A stretch of 58,093 nucleotides of DNA, counting the filler, from Bipalium vagum (Eukaryota): NCBI GenBank assembly GCA_037834085.1. It is 3 parts of 3 records of this genome, joined end to end, with 100 filler letters (N's around TTAATTAATTAA, not from the genome) between each part and the next. Parts side by side here need not be neighbours in the genome. Positions count along the whole stretch, not along the records: positions 1 to 18,208 come from JBBMKC010036339.1; 2 more parts are not named here. One strand, given 5' to 3'. The notes below the pieces were generated by a model, which was not told the DNA's origin, did no database searches, and worked only from the letters and a program-made list of their open reading frames with translations. Both the position numbers and the translations under genes were made by a program. The stretch's first letter is position 1. Every line of letters starts with the position of its first letter. Below, in pieces: positions 1 to 12,191 of this stretch.

Positions 1-68
<68 letters not shown>
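1..68. repeat. (ATT)n microsatellite
   Basis: Perfect ATT run at the window start. Confidence 0.95.
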
Positions 69-69
<1 letters not shown>

Positions 70-123
70 ATATTTACTTTTCCACATAATTTAACTTCCT
101 AATTATATTAGCTATTAAATACT

Positions 124-3100
124 TCAAATTTCATGCCAATTTGCCTTTTCTAAAAACCTGATGCAATTACTGTTGACAAATGTTAAGTATTGTTTTAAAA
201 GATAAAAATATGCGTCAATTGTATAATATTCAGTTTTGGCATAAATTAATTTTTAATTATTTTCATTCTAACATTAATTAAATAGAATAATTCTTTGAAA
301 GAAATAATAAAACGAAACTTCAATTTAAATAAATATTTTCATTAATAATTCTTACTGTCCAGAACTGCTCTGAGTGGTGGTTTTGATTTATTATGTCCAT
401 TAGAAATTTTATAATCCATGGTCGGAGACAGATCGTTAGACCAAGCTGGCATAGGCCTAAATCTTTCATAACCTGCCGCAACAAATGTATTTGGTCCATT
501 AAATATAGCGGAAAGACTTTGGACCTTAGACAAAAAGATTGGAGATTTATATGATCTTCAAAAATTGACAAGTATTAAGAATTTCTTTTTAATATTAAAA
601 TTAAAAAATCTTAAAAATTTTAATTAAAAAATATTTTGGTTAATAAGTTTATCTGCTTTACTTATATTTTCATTTTATGTATTTTACCTTCTTGAATAAG
701 CAAAATTATATTTGTATTTATTGAAATTCATCAGGAACTGCTTACACCCTCCTTGGGTCATTTTAATTTTTTTATATTAGTATGTTTGAAAGAGGAAACT
801 AAACATTTTAATTTGCTACAGTTAAAATTATTTTTTATATCCAAATTTTCTTTTAAATTTCAGTTTGCAAATCCTAGGAAAATTTATTGTTAGTATGAAA
901 CACAATATAAACAAAATCGAAGAAATATTTAACATAAAATATTTTTCTTATATGTTCCCCTTATATGTTCATTCAATAGTTAAATATTTTTAAAAACTAA
1001 TAAAAAATAAATTAAAGCATAAATTACATTCAATTGATAAAATAAGATTATACAATCATTTTTTACGGTTTTTATATCAGATATTCTTAAATACAACATT
1101 ATTAAATAGTTCTTTTCCCAATTTAAGATTATCAATTATATTATTTTTCACTTTTCCTAAATTCAGTTAAAATTTTCTTATCTCCCCATTAAAAAAGTGG
1201 TACTTATTTTCTTTAATTGCACTAGAATTATTGCTTCTGTTGTTTAATCAAACTAATTTAATCAAATTAGCAACATTTTTATGCGCATCATTTAAATAGA
1301 TGAGTAAATAATTCGTAAATGATACGTACTAAGAACACATTTCGCAATATGACAGAAATAAGAAAATCACAATATCTCATCTGTCTATCGGACTTTGAAA
1401 GAGTTCGAATAGTAAGTCTTCAGAATGATGAATAAGCTTCAGAGAAATAGGCAGAAGTTTGGAAAGAAATCATTCTATTATTTTAAGAATATTGAATTCG
1501 AATGTGAGGAAAGTACAAGTGAACATATAGATACAGAACTTCATCTCCTAGCTGTTAGAGAAAAATCTATTTAAAAAATTGACATAAATTGGAAAGTGTC
1601 TCTTAGGAGAAACATATCAAAGATTGAGTAGTTTTATTCTGCATTCATACTTTCCAAAGAAATGTTTACCATTTACATCACATCATAAAGGATCAATACT
1701 TTGCTGATATCAAGAAAGTCAATATTGGAGTTACGAATGGAATCACACAATCTTTGATGATGAATCAAGATTCTGCTTATACCATATTTATTGACGCTTG
1801 ATGATGCGACATAATGTTGGGTTGATGTTGCCAAGTCACTAGAAAGTTACGAATGGAACTATGATATGCAGTGCGCTATGCTTTAGATTCAGACCACTCT
1901 TTGCATATATCAGATGTAATTTGAATCATCTTCGTTGAAATCAATGAAATTATGAGACCCATATTACTTCCATTAATTTAAATACTTCCGGACAGTGGTT
2001 TTCAACAAGACAATGCGAGCTCGAATAATGTCAATATAACAGCGAAGTTTATACAACATATAAAAAATGACTTGGTCAGTATATTTATCAGATTTATTTA
2101 TTGGATATTTTGGGTTATTAACTACGGTCTTTTCTTTGTACTCCTTAAACATTGAATGAATTAAAAGATGAGCTTCACTAAATATGATAAAGCATACCTC
2201 AAGGAAAAATAAATCATTTAATTAATATTTTGTCAAATAGAATTCAATATTTTGTAAATTAAAACGCGGTTATATGACTCTTTGTTGACATCTCTACGTG
2301 TTTTCCATTTAAATTAATTTGTGCCGTTCCATGAAATGCATGTGATAATTTTATTTGCCCAGTTTAAATGTTTAGTGGGGCCCTTTTTTGAAAACATTCA
2401 ATTCCAAATACTTACAATTACCCCAATTAATATTTTTATTTCTCTTCCTAAATGCTCAGTCCAAATTTAGCAACTGTCTTCATTAACAATAATTTGGTTT
2501 GTAATATTTATTCGGCAAATTATTATATTAAATTAAAAAAAATATTTATTCATATTATTAAGTAATAAATATATAATTATTTTAATTTTCTTTACTTCTT
2601 TTCCTTCCAGAGTATACAGACGTCGCACAGGCATAAGGAAAATACCACACAAATCGTCCATGAATTGTTCAAATGTTCTTGCTGTTCTTCGATTTAAGAG
2701 AACCACTTGCTGATAATCAGAGTTTCCATTTTTCTTGATTAAAAGTCTTTTATTCTCTCCTTTTTTCAAACCCGGTAGAAATTTTCGTTGATAATTATTC
2801 GCCAACTGATTTTGGATGGCAATCATTTGATCAGACTCAGACTCTGGAACTGATGCAGGAGCTCGTAACTTTTTCATATCGTCTCTTTTGTCGAATTTTT
2901 TAATTCTCAATTCTGTTTCACCAACCTTCAACGGTGCTGTATTATATCGAACATGATTTAATGATTTAAAATTCCACAGGGGCTTCTTGATTTTATTGAT
3001 ATCAATTCCTTTGGCTTTATTGGACGATTGTGAACAGACGAAGATTTCGTCAGTATTAAGATCATTAAGAGACACCAATCTGTCGTGACCCTTTGGTGTA

Positions 3101-3330
3101 TAGATTGATCGTACACCAAACGATAAGTCCGGCATTTTTTGAGTTAATTCATTAAGTAAAGCATCCAAACTTCTATGTCTATTGGGGTGGACGGCGATTT
3201 TTACAAATCCTTGTTTTTCATTTCCATCTCGGTAAAAGAAGACATTCTTTGCTTGGATAAGTTTATCATTACCCGGGTAATTACTGGTTAATTTATTGTT
3301 TTCCATAATGTTATCAACATCAGTCTTCAT
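124..3330 (-). CDS. Tandem doublecortin (DCX) domain protein, DCDC2/RP1-like, spliced
   Basis: Exon 3330-2596 encodes DCX1 (VFFYRDGN..SLDALLNELT..FGVRSIYTPKG) and most of DCX2 (LLNRRTARTFEQFMDDL..VRRLYTLEGKE). A GT-AG phase-0 intron (2595-525) joins it to exon 524-356 (VQSLSAIFNGPNTFVAAGYERF), which completes DCX2. A possible last exon is 149-124 (KKANWHEI*); without that splice the stop is at 342. Confidence 0.85.
1285..2400 (+). mobile_element. Decayed Tc1-like transposon inside the DCX intron
   Basis: Broken frames give FDDESRFCL (about 1754) and GFQQDNAS (about 1997), with many stops. Ends are approximate. Confidence 0.7.
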
Positions 3331-3445
3331 TTCAGCGTACTAGTGATTTCTAAAAAGAATGGGATGACAACAAAGTTTGAAGACAAATTGTAATTTACAA
3401 TTCAGAAGCAAAATGGAAAGAAAATCATAACAATACAATTTCTAA

Positions 3446-3459
3446 GTAACCATGACAAC
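3446..3459 (-). promoter_or_regulatory. RFX X-box
   Basis: GTTGTCATGGTTAC on the minus strand, about 116 nt upstream of the DCX-gene ATG. It fits the X-box palindrome GTTNCCATGGNAAC. Confidence 0.6.
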
Positions 3460-3554
3460 CATTTGAAATGCATTTTCATCATCTTAACATGCAATGTTAA
3501 TAGGAATTTTGATCAGTCTTTAATAAATAAATTGACTTTATTGATTTGTTTACG

Positions 3555-3568
3555 TTTGCCATAACAAC
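3555..3568 (-). promoter_or_regulatory. Second, weaker X-box
   Basis: GTTGTTATGGCAAA on the minus strand. Confidence 0.4.
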
Positions 3569-4895
3569 TAGTGGCCATCGAATTTTTGAAGGATGTTAGG
3601 CGTTAAATTTGTTTATATTTGGTAAATTTGCTTAACAATAAAAAAACAAAAATCTTAAATGGTTGACAAATGACATTCTAATTTTACTATAGTAAACATT
3701 TTACTTATATTATATATAAGTAAATATATATATATATCGTTTGACTACATAAATTGAAAGTGATTTGAAGCCTTTGAATTTTGTGAAAGAAAATTTTGAT
3801 GAAAATTAAAACCATTTACTGATAATTTTTATAATGTATTATTCTTTTAATTATCTAAGCATTAAATACTTTAATTTAATTTGACTAGCCTAAACTATTA
3901 TACATCACAAAATTGTAAAAATTATTATAACTTTTATAATATATATAAATTACGAAATATTTTTTTAATGTTTTATTTAATTTTGTCCCTTATTGTCCCG
4001 CGAATTTTATCGTAATAATACTTTATTTTTACTTTCTTAAAAGGAAACCCATAAACCATAATTGATTATGTCAAATATTTTAGTTTGAAATAATATTTTT
4101 AAAATTAAAATACAAAGGCATTTATTATTGATTTCATTAAAAAAATATTGTGAAAAAATCGAATCAGTAAAATAAATATAAATAAGCAAACTAATTAGAA
4201 TAAGACAGATTTTATCAATTAATATTTCTTCAGATTAGTAAATATTTTTCAATTCAATTTTTAATTATTTAGAACATTTAGTAATTTTTTCGAGTATAAT
4301 TGTAGACATTAATTACATTTCATTATAAATATAAAATCATGTCTTAAAAATAGTACAACTATTTATAAATCTCGATGTTACACTGTTTAAATTTATAATA
4401 GTATAAAAATTGTTATAAAAAAATATTTACATAAAGAAAAAACATAAAAATTATATTATTATAAAATTAGAATTTGTAATTAACTTTACTTGACAATTTT
4501 TTATGGTATTTCTAAAAATTTTCTTGTCAACCAATATTTTATCAAGTTTACCAATGTCAATGTAAATTAAATTTTTTATTTTTAGACAAATTGTTTAGTC
4601 ACATTTTGAAAAAATATAAAAATGATGAAATAAAAAAAATTAATTTAGAATATTTAGTAACTGTAACTCACGTATTTTTTTCAAAAAATCATGATAAATT
4701 TTTAAAATGAACATAATTTATCATAGTAACTAAGAGATTATTGATTAAATAAAACAAAATAAAATCTAAATGTCCGATAAAAGACTTAATTTTATAGATG
4801 TGCGTCTTTGAAATTAATCGAGCACTTTACAAATATTTCCTAAAAATAAAAAAGTTTCTTTTTTAGAAGTAAACCGCAATAATTTATGATTATTA

Positions 4896-6240
4896 CTGTT
4901 TGAACCTATTTAACATGAACATCCAAGGACCAAAAATTTTAAGCTGTTCATTTGAGAATATGTTCAAGATATACAAAACACATACAATAGAATAAATAAA
5001 AGCAAGGTTATTACGTAAAAAAATTTATTATTCATTACAAACTCAGCTTATTTTGGGGTAATTATCCAAAAGCGATTTTTTAGCTTTCTTTTTAGTTTTA
5101 ATCATTTAACCTTGAAAAATATCAATAGACTTCAGCTTATCCGGACAATTTTGAATAAACCATAATTCCAGATTCCTTAAAAACAATTAATAGCTTCAGA
5201 ATATGTTATATGGTATATCAAATTATCATTTACAGGGTTAATACCATTCTCTTCATCCACGTCTTGTTTGTCACTTATTTCGCCTTGGAGTTCATTGCTG
5301 TCGTAATTGTCATCATCACATGAAAATATTTTCTCATTGATAAAAGGATCAAAATCAACTTTTTTTAAATGCGTGAATTATTGAATTTAGTCTTATCATC
5401 AATTTTGTCTTTGAGTATATTTGTTTCTAGAAAACAAAATTTTAATGACGTCAACTGATATTGAATCCCAATACTATTTTATTAATCCAAAAGAATCTAA
5501 TAAAGTTAATTTATTATCTGCTACAGTGATGTTTTAATTTTTTAAAAATTAAGTTTTTTAAAAATTAGTTTTTGATTAAGTTATCTTTTGTACTTAGATT
5601 TAAAAGAATGTATTATACCAGCATCAGGTGAAGATGGAAGAAATAAAAGTTCAATATTTGAAACTCATATTGCTACAGAATCTACTGGTGAATTACCAGA
5701 GTAAATAATATTTTTCTTTTTTCTACTAAAAGTTTCTTATTAACTTTCATTAGCCATTCTTTAAACATTGAAAGAGTCATCCATGTTGTGCAGTTATTTG
5801 TATATTGAAGTCCCAATGACAATATTTATATTTTAGGCATCCGGGCAATTTATATTTTCTAATGATTAAAGGTGGAAACTATTCTCCTTTGTGACCTGCA
5901 ACATTAAAAATAGCAAGTCTTAATTTTGATCCCATTTTCTTTTTTATTTGAATTTTTTAAAAAGATAATGTTCCTTCTGGAAGCCCTTTATAAAAATATG
6001 GTTAATTCATCACAATTAAATATATTATTATTAACTCCTTGTTAATTTTTCTAATCTACAACAAGATCAATTAAATTTAATTACACATCCTTATAGGATT
6101 TAAAATATCATAAATATTACGAATTAGTTTTTTAATTACGCTCAATCTAGAAAAAATAAAACTCAATTTCTTCATTTTTATAAAATTTAAATCATCACAC
6201 GATTAAAATCACTTTTTTGTTCTTTTGGAGTACGTCCAAA
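4896..6240 (-). mobile_element. Decayed pogo/Tigger (DDE_1) transposon
   Basis: The minus strand encodes TWMTLSMFKEWLMKVNKKL..EKRKILF and LPSSPDAGIIHSFKSKYK. A TA-CTGTTTGAACC end resembling a Tigger TIR lies at 4894. The far end is approximate. Confidence 0.7.
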
Positions 6241-6903
6241 ATATAATATGTTTATATATAATATAATTATGTAGATATTATTAATTATTTTAAGTAAATT
6301 GACAAGTCTGTATATATTTTCAAAATATTAAGATATATGTTGAATTAGTTACAAATATTACTTACTGCCGATGATTATGAAAAAAAATCCTAAATATTTT
6401 CTTTTAAAATTATTAGTCGATTAGGTGAATTGAATTTAATCTGTGTCAATTAAATAGCAAACTTTTTCTCTACTCAGTGTGATCTGGCAAAAAAATTATC
6501 TCTCATCATAAACAAGTGATTTGTTACCTTGATCTAAAAACTCCTTTTTAGGTTTCTTAACATATATTAAAAGTAAGTAAAATTTATATATATATAATAC
6601 TTTTTTTAAAGATTTCTTTTACAAAGTATTCTCATTGTTTTATATATCAAAGAATTTGACATTATTTATTTTAGAATGTTTGGTGAGTTCATTGATTATC
6701 AAAAGTAGTACTGATTCTAACTTTCATATTTCATCATACTTTTATTTCATGAAACGAAAATTTTCATAGGAAATCTAAGTTAATTTTTAATTGATAATAA
6801 TTTTTAAAAAGTGTACTCTGCCTTATTTGTTTCTGAATTTAGTATAAGATTAAATGAAGTCAACTAGATTTATTCTCATTTTGAAATTATATTAAGTATT
6901 TAT

Positions 6904-7344
6904 TTAAAGTGATTCATTGACGTCACCATCTCCTTCTCTAGGAGAATTCTGATTTCCACGATTGCCAATTAAAAATAATTGAAATTGAAATTCATTATTA
7001 CTATGACATCTAACAAGCCAAAGGCAAAGAAAACCAATGTTAATAAAGGTTATTAAAATTGAGCATGATAAAAACTTTCGGATATATATAAGCAATCTAA
7101 ATATTTCGATTTCTTTTAAGATAGAACTTGAGTAAAATGTCCTGAATATCTTTTTGTAAGTACTGATATATACTTTTCTTATGTATGTTATCAAATTTCC
7201 TTTAAACATTGAATTATCATAACTGCTGGAAAAAGTTTCTAAAATAATTTCTGTTATCATCCAGTGAGAAAATCCAATTAGTAGAAGTATGAATATATTA
7301 AGAATTATTATAATTTCTATAAATTCTTCATTTTGATGTATCAT
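6904..7344 (-). CDS. Orphan 146-aa ORF with two hydrophobic segments; possible membrane protein or first exon
   Basis: ATG-initiated and long for this AT content. TM-like segments IIIILNIFILLLIGFSHW and FLSCSILITFINIGFLCLWLV. No family recognised. Confidence 0.3.
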   Translation of the reverse strand: MIHQNEEFIEIIIILNIFILLLIGFSHWMITEIILETFSSSYDNSMFKGNLITYIRKVYISTYKKIFRTFYSSSILKEIEIFRLLIYIRKFLSCSILITFINIGFLCLWLVRCHSNNEFQFQLFLIGNRGNQNSPREGDGDVNESL

Positions 7345-7784
7345 CTTACATATTGATTTAAATTTAAATTCAAATAAATGACTAAAAGAAAATTTCTTAA
7401 GTAATTCTATTGTTTATTTAATATAATTTATTTCAGTGTTAGAAATTTTTAACGGCAAGTTATTTGAAATCTTGAAAACTTTTTTTATTGAAAGCTTTTA
7501 ATTATTTAATGATTAAAATATACTTTTACTTTCGAAATAAAATTTCAGCGACAGTACTATTAATGTATTTTTAGATAAAGAATTATTGAGTAAAATAAGA
7601 TGTGAGTATATTTTTAATTATTTTTTTGATTAATTAATATAGTTTTTATAATTATATCAATTAACATAATAAATTTATTGATTTCTTGTGTAATGATACA
7701 TATATTGATAAATGATAAACTTGGTTTTAAATAAAGTAATAATTATTTGTGTATTATAATTTATTCAAATATATATTTATGTTA

Positions 7785-9155
7785 ATAGGTAATCTTGAGT
7801 ATGATTTCGATAAAATTAGTATTTATTTAGACAATGGAATTTTGGCGAGATTTCTATAGCTTTTTCCTTCAATATTAATAAAAAATTAAATTTCAAATTG
7901 TAACCATAATCTTTAATTAATTTGCTTAAATTTCTTTCTTTCATAGTACAGTAAATCCTTAATTTAACAAAGGACATAAATTTACTTTTATTCATAAAAT
8001 TTAACTTTATAAAATTTTTAAAGTGATAGAATAAAGTTATATTAAATATATTAATTCATTTTGCAAAATTAGTTGAAATCTCTCAGTTGTAATCAAATGT
8101 AGAGTAAAATTTTCAGTCGAAAACATCTGTTGATGAAATAGTAATGAGCTTTAGCTCGGATCCCATTTGTCAGGAGTATGTTGTAAGACTTTGAATTACT
8201 AAAACGTGGATAATATGTTTAATATAAATGACGACAAATGTTACAAGCTGCAAAGAATGGTATTGTTTTTCTTCTCATCTGAAACTTATGAAGTTACAAA
8301 TAACAAGTGAACTCAATATTTGTTTGTAGTAAAGGATATTGGAATGACACTCAAAGAATATCAATTCTTTCGTCATAGTCTTTCGAGTGATGTAAAATTG
8401 GCTCTTCTGACTTTCTTTGAGTCCAAATCCAAAGATTTTTTGCTAGAGGTATCGATGGTTTACCAGATATATGGAGACAAGTTGTTGAAAGTAATAGAAA
8501 CTATATTTTGGATTAAATAAATATCTTTGTTAAAAAAATTTTGGTTTTTATTTTTCTTTCAAATTTGGCAAGAACTTTACGTTCAATCTGATACTTTGCG
8601 TATAATGTGATTTTCAAAGTATCACTCACCAAGAATCTCTGGGCAATGGTCAGATTTTTACTGCTGATTTGTATGTACAGCAGCTGGAACGTTAAAAAAA
8701 AGCTCCGTATAAATTATTATAGACTATAAAACATTATTGCTTCACATTGCAAATCCTAGAAAAAAATTTCAAATTCAATGGAAATGGTTTTCACATTCTC
8801 TATACTTTTTATATATTTCTTCCACTGATTAATATTTATTTTTATTTCCATATAATCATTTGAAGCACAATGCATTCAGAAATAGATGAGATTAAATTGG
8901 AAGTTGAAAATGTTTTCACTTTTAAATATTCTCAACTATAAAAATGTTTTACAAACCATTATCTCGTTGAAAAAGTATGGTTGATTGTGAAAGATATTAA
9001 TTTAATTAATAAAATAATATAATAATTAGACCAATAATTAATAAATCTGTCTCAATAACGCTAATAAAAGTTTATTTGGTTATTTTTGTTAGCATTATTA
9101 ATGGAATTGGTTTTTATGGATTTAAAACCGGCCCGAACATTCTTGGTTACCTAAG
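7785..9155 (+). mobile_element. Decayed mariner transposon
   Basis: Right end AAAACCGGCCCGAACATTCTTGGTTACCTAAG-TA and a degenerate left end ATAGGTAATC. Remnant motifs TADLYVQQLER and WKWFSHSLY..SSTD*YLF (HPPYSPDLAPSDY). Confidence 0.65.
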
Positions 9156-10499
9156 TATAATTACTGTAATATACTAAGAATATCTATGAAAATTTATATT
9201 CAGTAGATACTTTTTATTATGTATTTAAGTTTATAGTAAGATGATTAAAAAAGAATCTCTTTATTCATTATTAAAATTAAAAAATTGATTGAAACTAAAA
9301 TCTGTGCTTAAATATAAAAATTACTTTTCCCAAAGTTATTATCTAATTTTCAGAGTGATTGAAGTGATATGTATAGAAAATATCTGAAGATATTTTTTTA
9401 ATATTATTTTTAGGAAGTATTACTTTTGTATCGTTAGTTTTCTAATTGAAAGATAATACAATTTATATTATTATTAAAAACAATTATTAATTTAATGAAT
9501 AATTAGTGTAATTAGATTATTTTATTGATAATTAATTTCAAGTAAAATACAAGTAGTTTTTGGTTAATAATTAACCACAGCCACGGTAGTCTTGTAATTT
9601 TTCAGGTTATTCAATTGCTTGTTCTATTTTTATTAATAATTTATTTAAAAATATCAGATTATGAGTTTTATAAGAAATTGTTTCTAATTTTTATAATTTT
9701 ATATTCTAAATACAATTTATTTAAATATCTTATTAAAATTTAAACAATTGATGGCACATTTTTATTAATTCATGTTAATTCATTTTATAATAGTTAGTTT
9801 AAAAAATAATATTAAAGAAATGTTTCATTAATTAAAAACAGTATATTTTAGAAAATTTGTAATAATGGAAGCAATAAAATAATATGATTTCCAGATTTAT
9901 ACATTATATAAATAAATTAAATTCAAATATCTTAAATATTTTCTGGTGCAATATATTAGAGAGAAAAGATGTCAAGTACGGAAAAAATTCATTAAATAAA
10001 ATTATATTTCACAGAGTAAAGGTTAAACTTCAAAATATTTTTAATCGTATTTAATTACTTATTATTAAAGAGTAATACTATATTATCAAAATTAATTTAA
10101 TGAAATAGTTCTTAATTGAGTTTTTATTTCCTTTAATTCAAAAGATGGTATAAATTACTTAAAAATTTTTGTTTTGTTTTTAAATCAATTTAAGGATTTA
10201 AAAATTAAAAATAAATAGCGAAATATTATTTCCTTGAAAAATATGGACGTCAAAAATTAGCTTAAAGTACATTAATATAATTCGTCATTTTATAATTAAA
10301 GAATTCCAGTTTGTTTGGCTTAATTTTATCCCAATTTATCAAATTATTACATACGTTTTTTGTAATATTCAATTGTAAAATTATTTTTGCTAGATGCAAA
10401 AATAGTATATAAATGAGTAAATGCTAATTTTGTGTACACATTTATACAATTTTTACATATTTAATCAATATAATTGAAAATAATTAGAACAAACAGAAT

Positions 10500-10950
10500 A
10501 GTTATATAATGTTATTATTGACATTGGTTTTTTATTATAGGTCAAAAACACAATATGTAATTTTATAGGTCAGAAAAAATACATGGGTGTTTCTGTAGGT
10601 CATTAAATAACATTGTTACTTTTAGGTAAAAAAAACATCGTCCAAACTTTTATTTCATTTAAACTCAAATTTTGATCTAATAAACCTAAATGCCAAAAAA
10701 ATGACTATCGAAATCATTAATAAAATGGATAATGATTTCTTTCGTGATTATTGTATTAATTTTTTTCAAAACTTCTTTAATAAATCAAAGTCAAAAATCA
10801 TTTAAAAGAAATAGATAAGAAATATAATCATGGAAATGTGAAATATGTCATTTAGACTTTAAAACTCAGACAGGATTATTGTCATGAAGGTATTCAACAT
10901 AATTTCACAAACTCTTTCGTGAATACAAAGCTCATTATATTTTTAATCTA
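10500..10950 (+). mobile_element. Possible Merlin/IS1595-like DNA transposon relic with subterminal ~29-nt repeats
   Basis: Four spaced TAGGT(C)A-containing repeats at 10538-10630, then WKCEIC and HEGIQHNFTNSFVN, reminiscent of the Merlin zinc ribbon and H.TVNH..FV motifs. Confidence 0.3.
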
Positions 10951-11499
10951 TGATATTAATAATTTTTATTATTAAAATGAACTCAGCTCAGTTATTATTA
11001 AAATGAACTTAGTTAATATTTTATCAAAAAATGAAAAAAAATCATGTTTACAAATTGTATATACCAGATTTAAATTTTATTATGAATTATGCTTAATTAT
11101 TTTTTCATTATTTAATTCTATAGTTAAAAATAATGTAGATTACTCAAAAATTATATATTTAACAAGTGGAGCAAATAAATATCTAAATCAATAGAAAATG
11201 ACTTTAAATATGATAAGACTTTAGAATCTTTAAAAGAAAATGAATTTTACATCAAAATAAAATGGTAATAATTCTTACTTTCTGTCCTGTTAATACATAT
11301 TGATTATATCAAATGCTTTTAAGTTCAAATTATATAGATTATGATGACTTGATTATCTTTATAAAATTTTTCTCTTTTTATTCTAAATGTATATCAGCGT
11401 TGTAATCCAGTGTGACTTTTATTTTCTTATAATAAGATATATAGATTGTATATAGTTTTGTATTTAATTTTTCAATTTTATCACTAATTTTTTGTACTA

Positions 11500-12060
11500 C
11501 CAGCTTTCCATCTGACCTCTCAACTTTCTACCGTAAATACTCTTCGATATTTCCGTATAATATTTTTCAGTTTCTCATCTCGTTTAGTCATTAAAATCTC
11601 TTAGAATCATAAGTGTTCTTCCCAGACTTTTCGTATATGTTGCAGATTCTCCAGTCATTTCCCAGACTCCTCTTTCTTCCTTTACTCGATAATCAAACTG
11701 ATGTTGCATATGTATTTATCCTAGGAGATCAAGAATTTTATTTTCCATTACGGTGAATTGTACAATTCCACTACTCTTGTCGATTTCTACCTCTATCTGA
11801 ATATTTCCAAAAACGATAATCTTATTGATTTTTTGAGTAATCACATTTATTTTTTCTAATTATATTTGTTCATTTCATTTGTCTTATAAGTATTCAATGA
11901 ACTTTACATGAATTCTAATCTCAACTACCTTTCATTATACAATAATTTAGCTTTTCTTTATCAATATCTTCTGTCATTATTCTGTATTCTCTTCATTCTT
12001 ATCTTCCATATATCTTCAACATATATCTTTACGAAAGCACATACCTTTCTGTCAATTTTC
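11500..12060 (-). mobile_element. Possible Ty3/gypsy protease-region relic
   Basis: A minus frame reads KIIVFGNIQIEVEIDKSSGIVQFTVMENKILDLLG, resembling the C-terminal half of a retropepsin. Many stops. Confidence 0.3.
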
Positions 12061-12191
12061 TTCATCTTTTATATTTAATTTTTATATTTATATTGAAAAA
12101 ATCTTTTGAAACAGTCTAATATATACCAGGCACGATGTAGAATGAATTTTGATTTTTTGAAAAAATCTTAAATTTATTTTACACTGTAGTT

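Noticed and set aside
78-149. Apparent 24-nt micro-intron (GTATTT..ATTAG) and micro-exons at the DCX gene 3' end
   Set aside because: In the phase set by the upstream exon, the frame stops at TGA 126-124 before that donor is reached.
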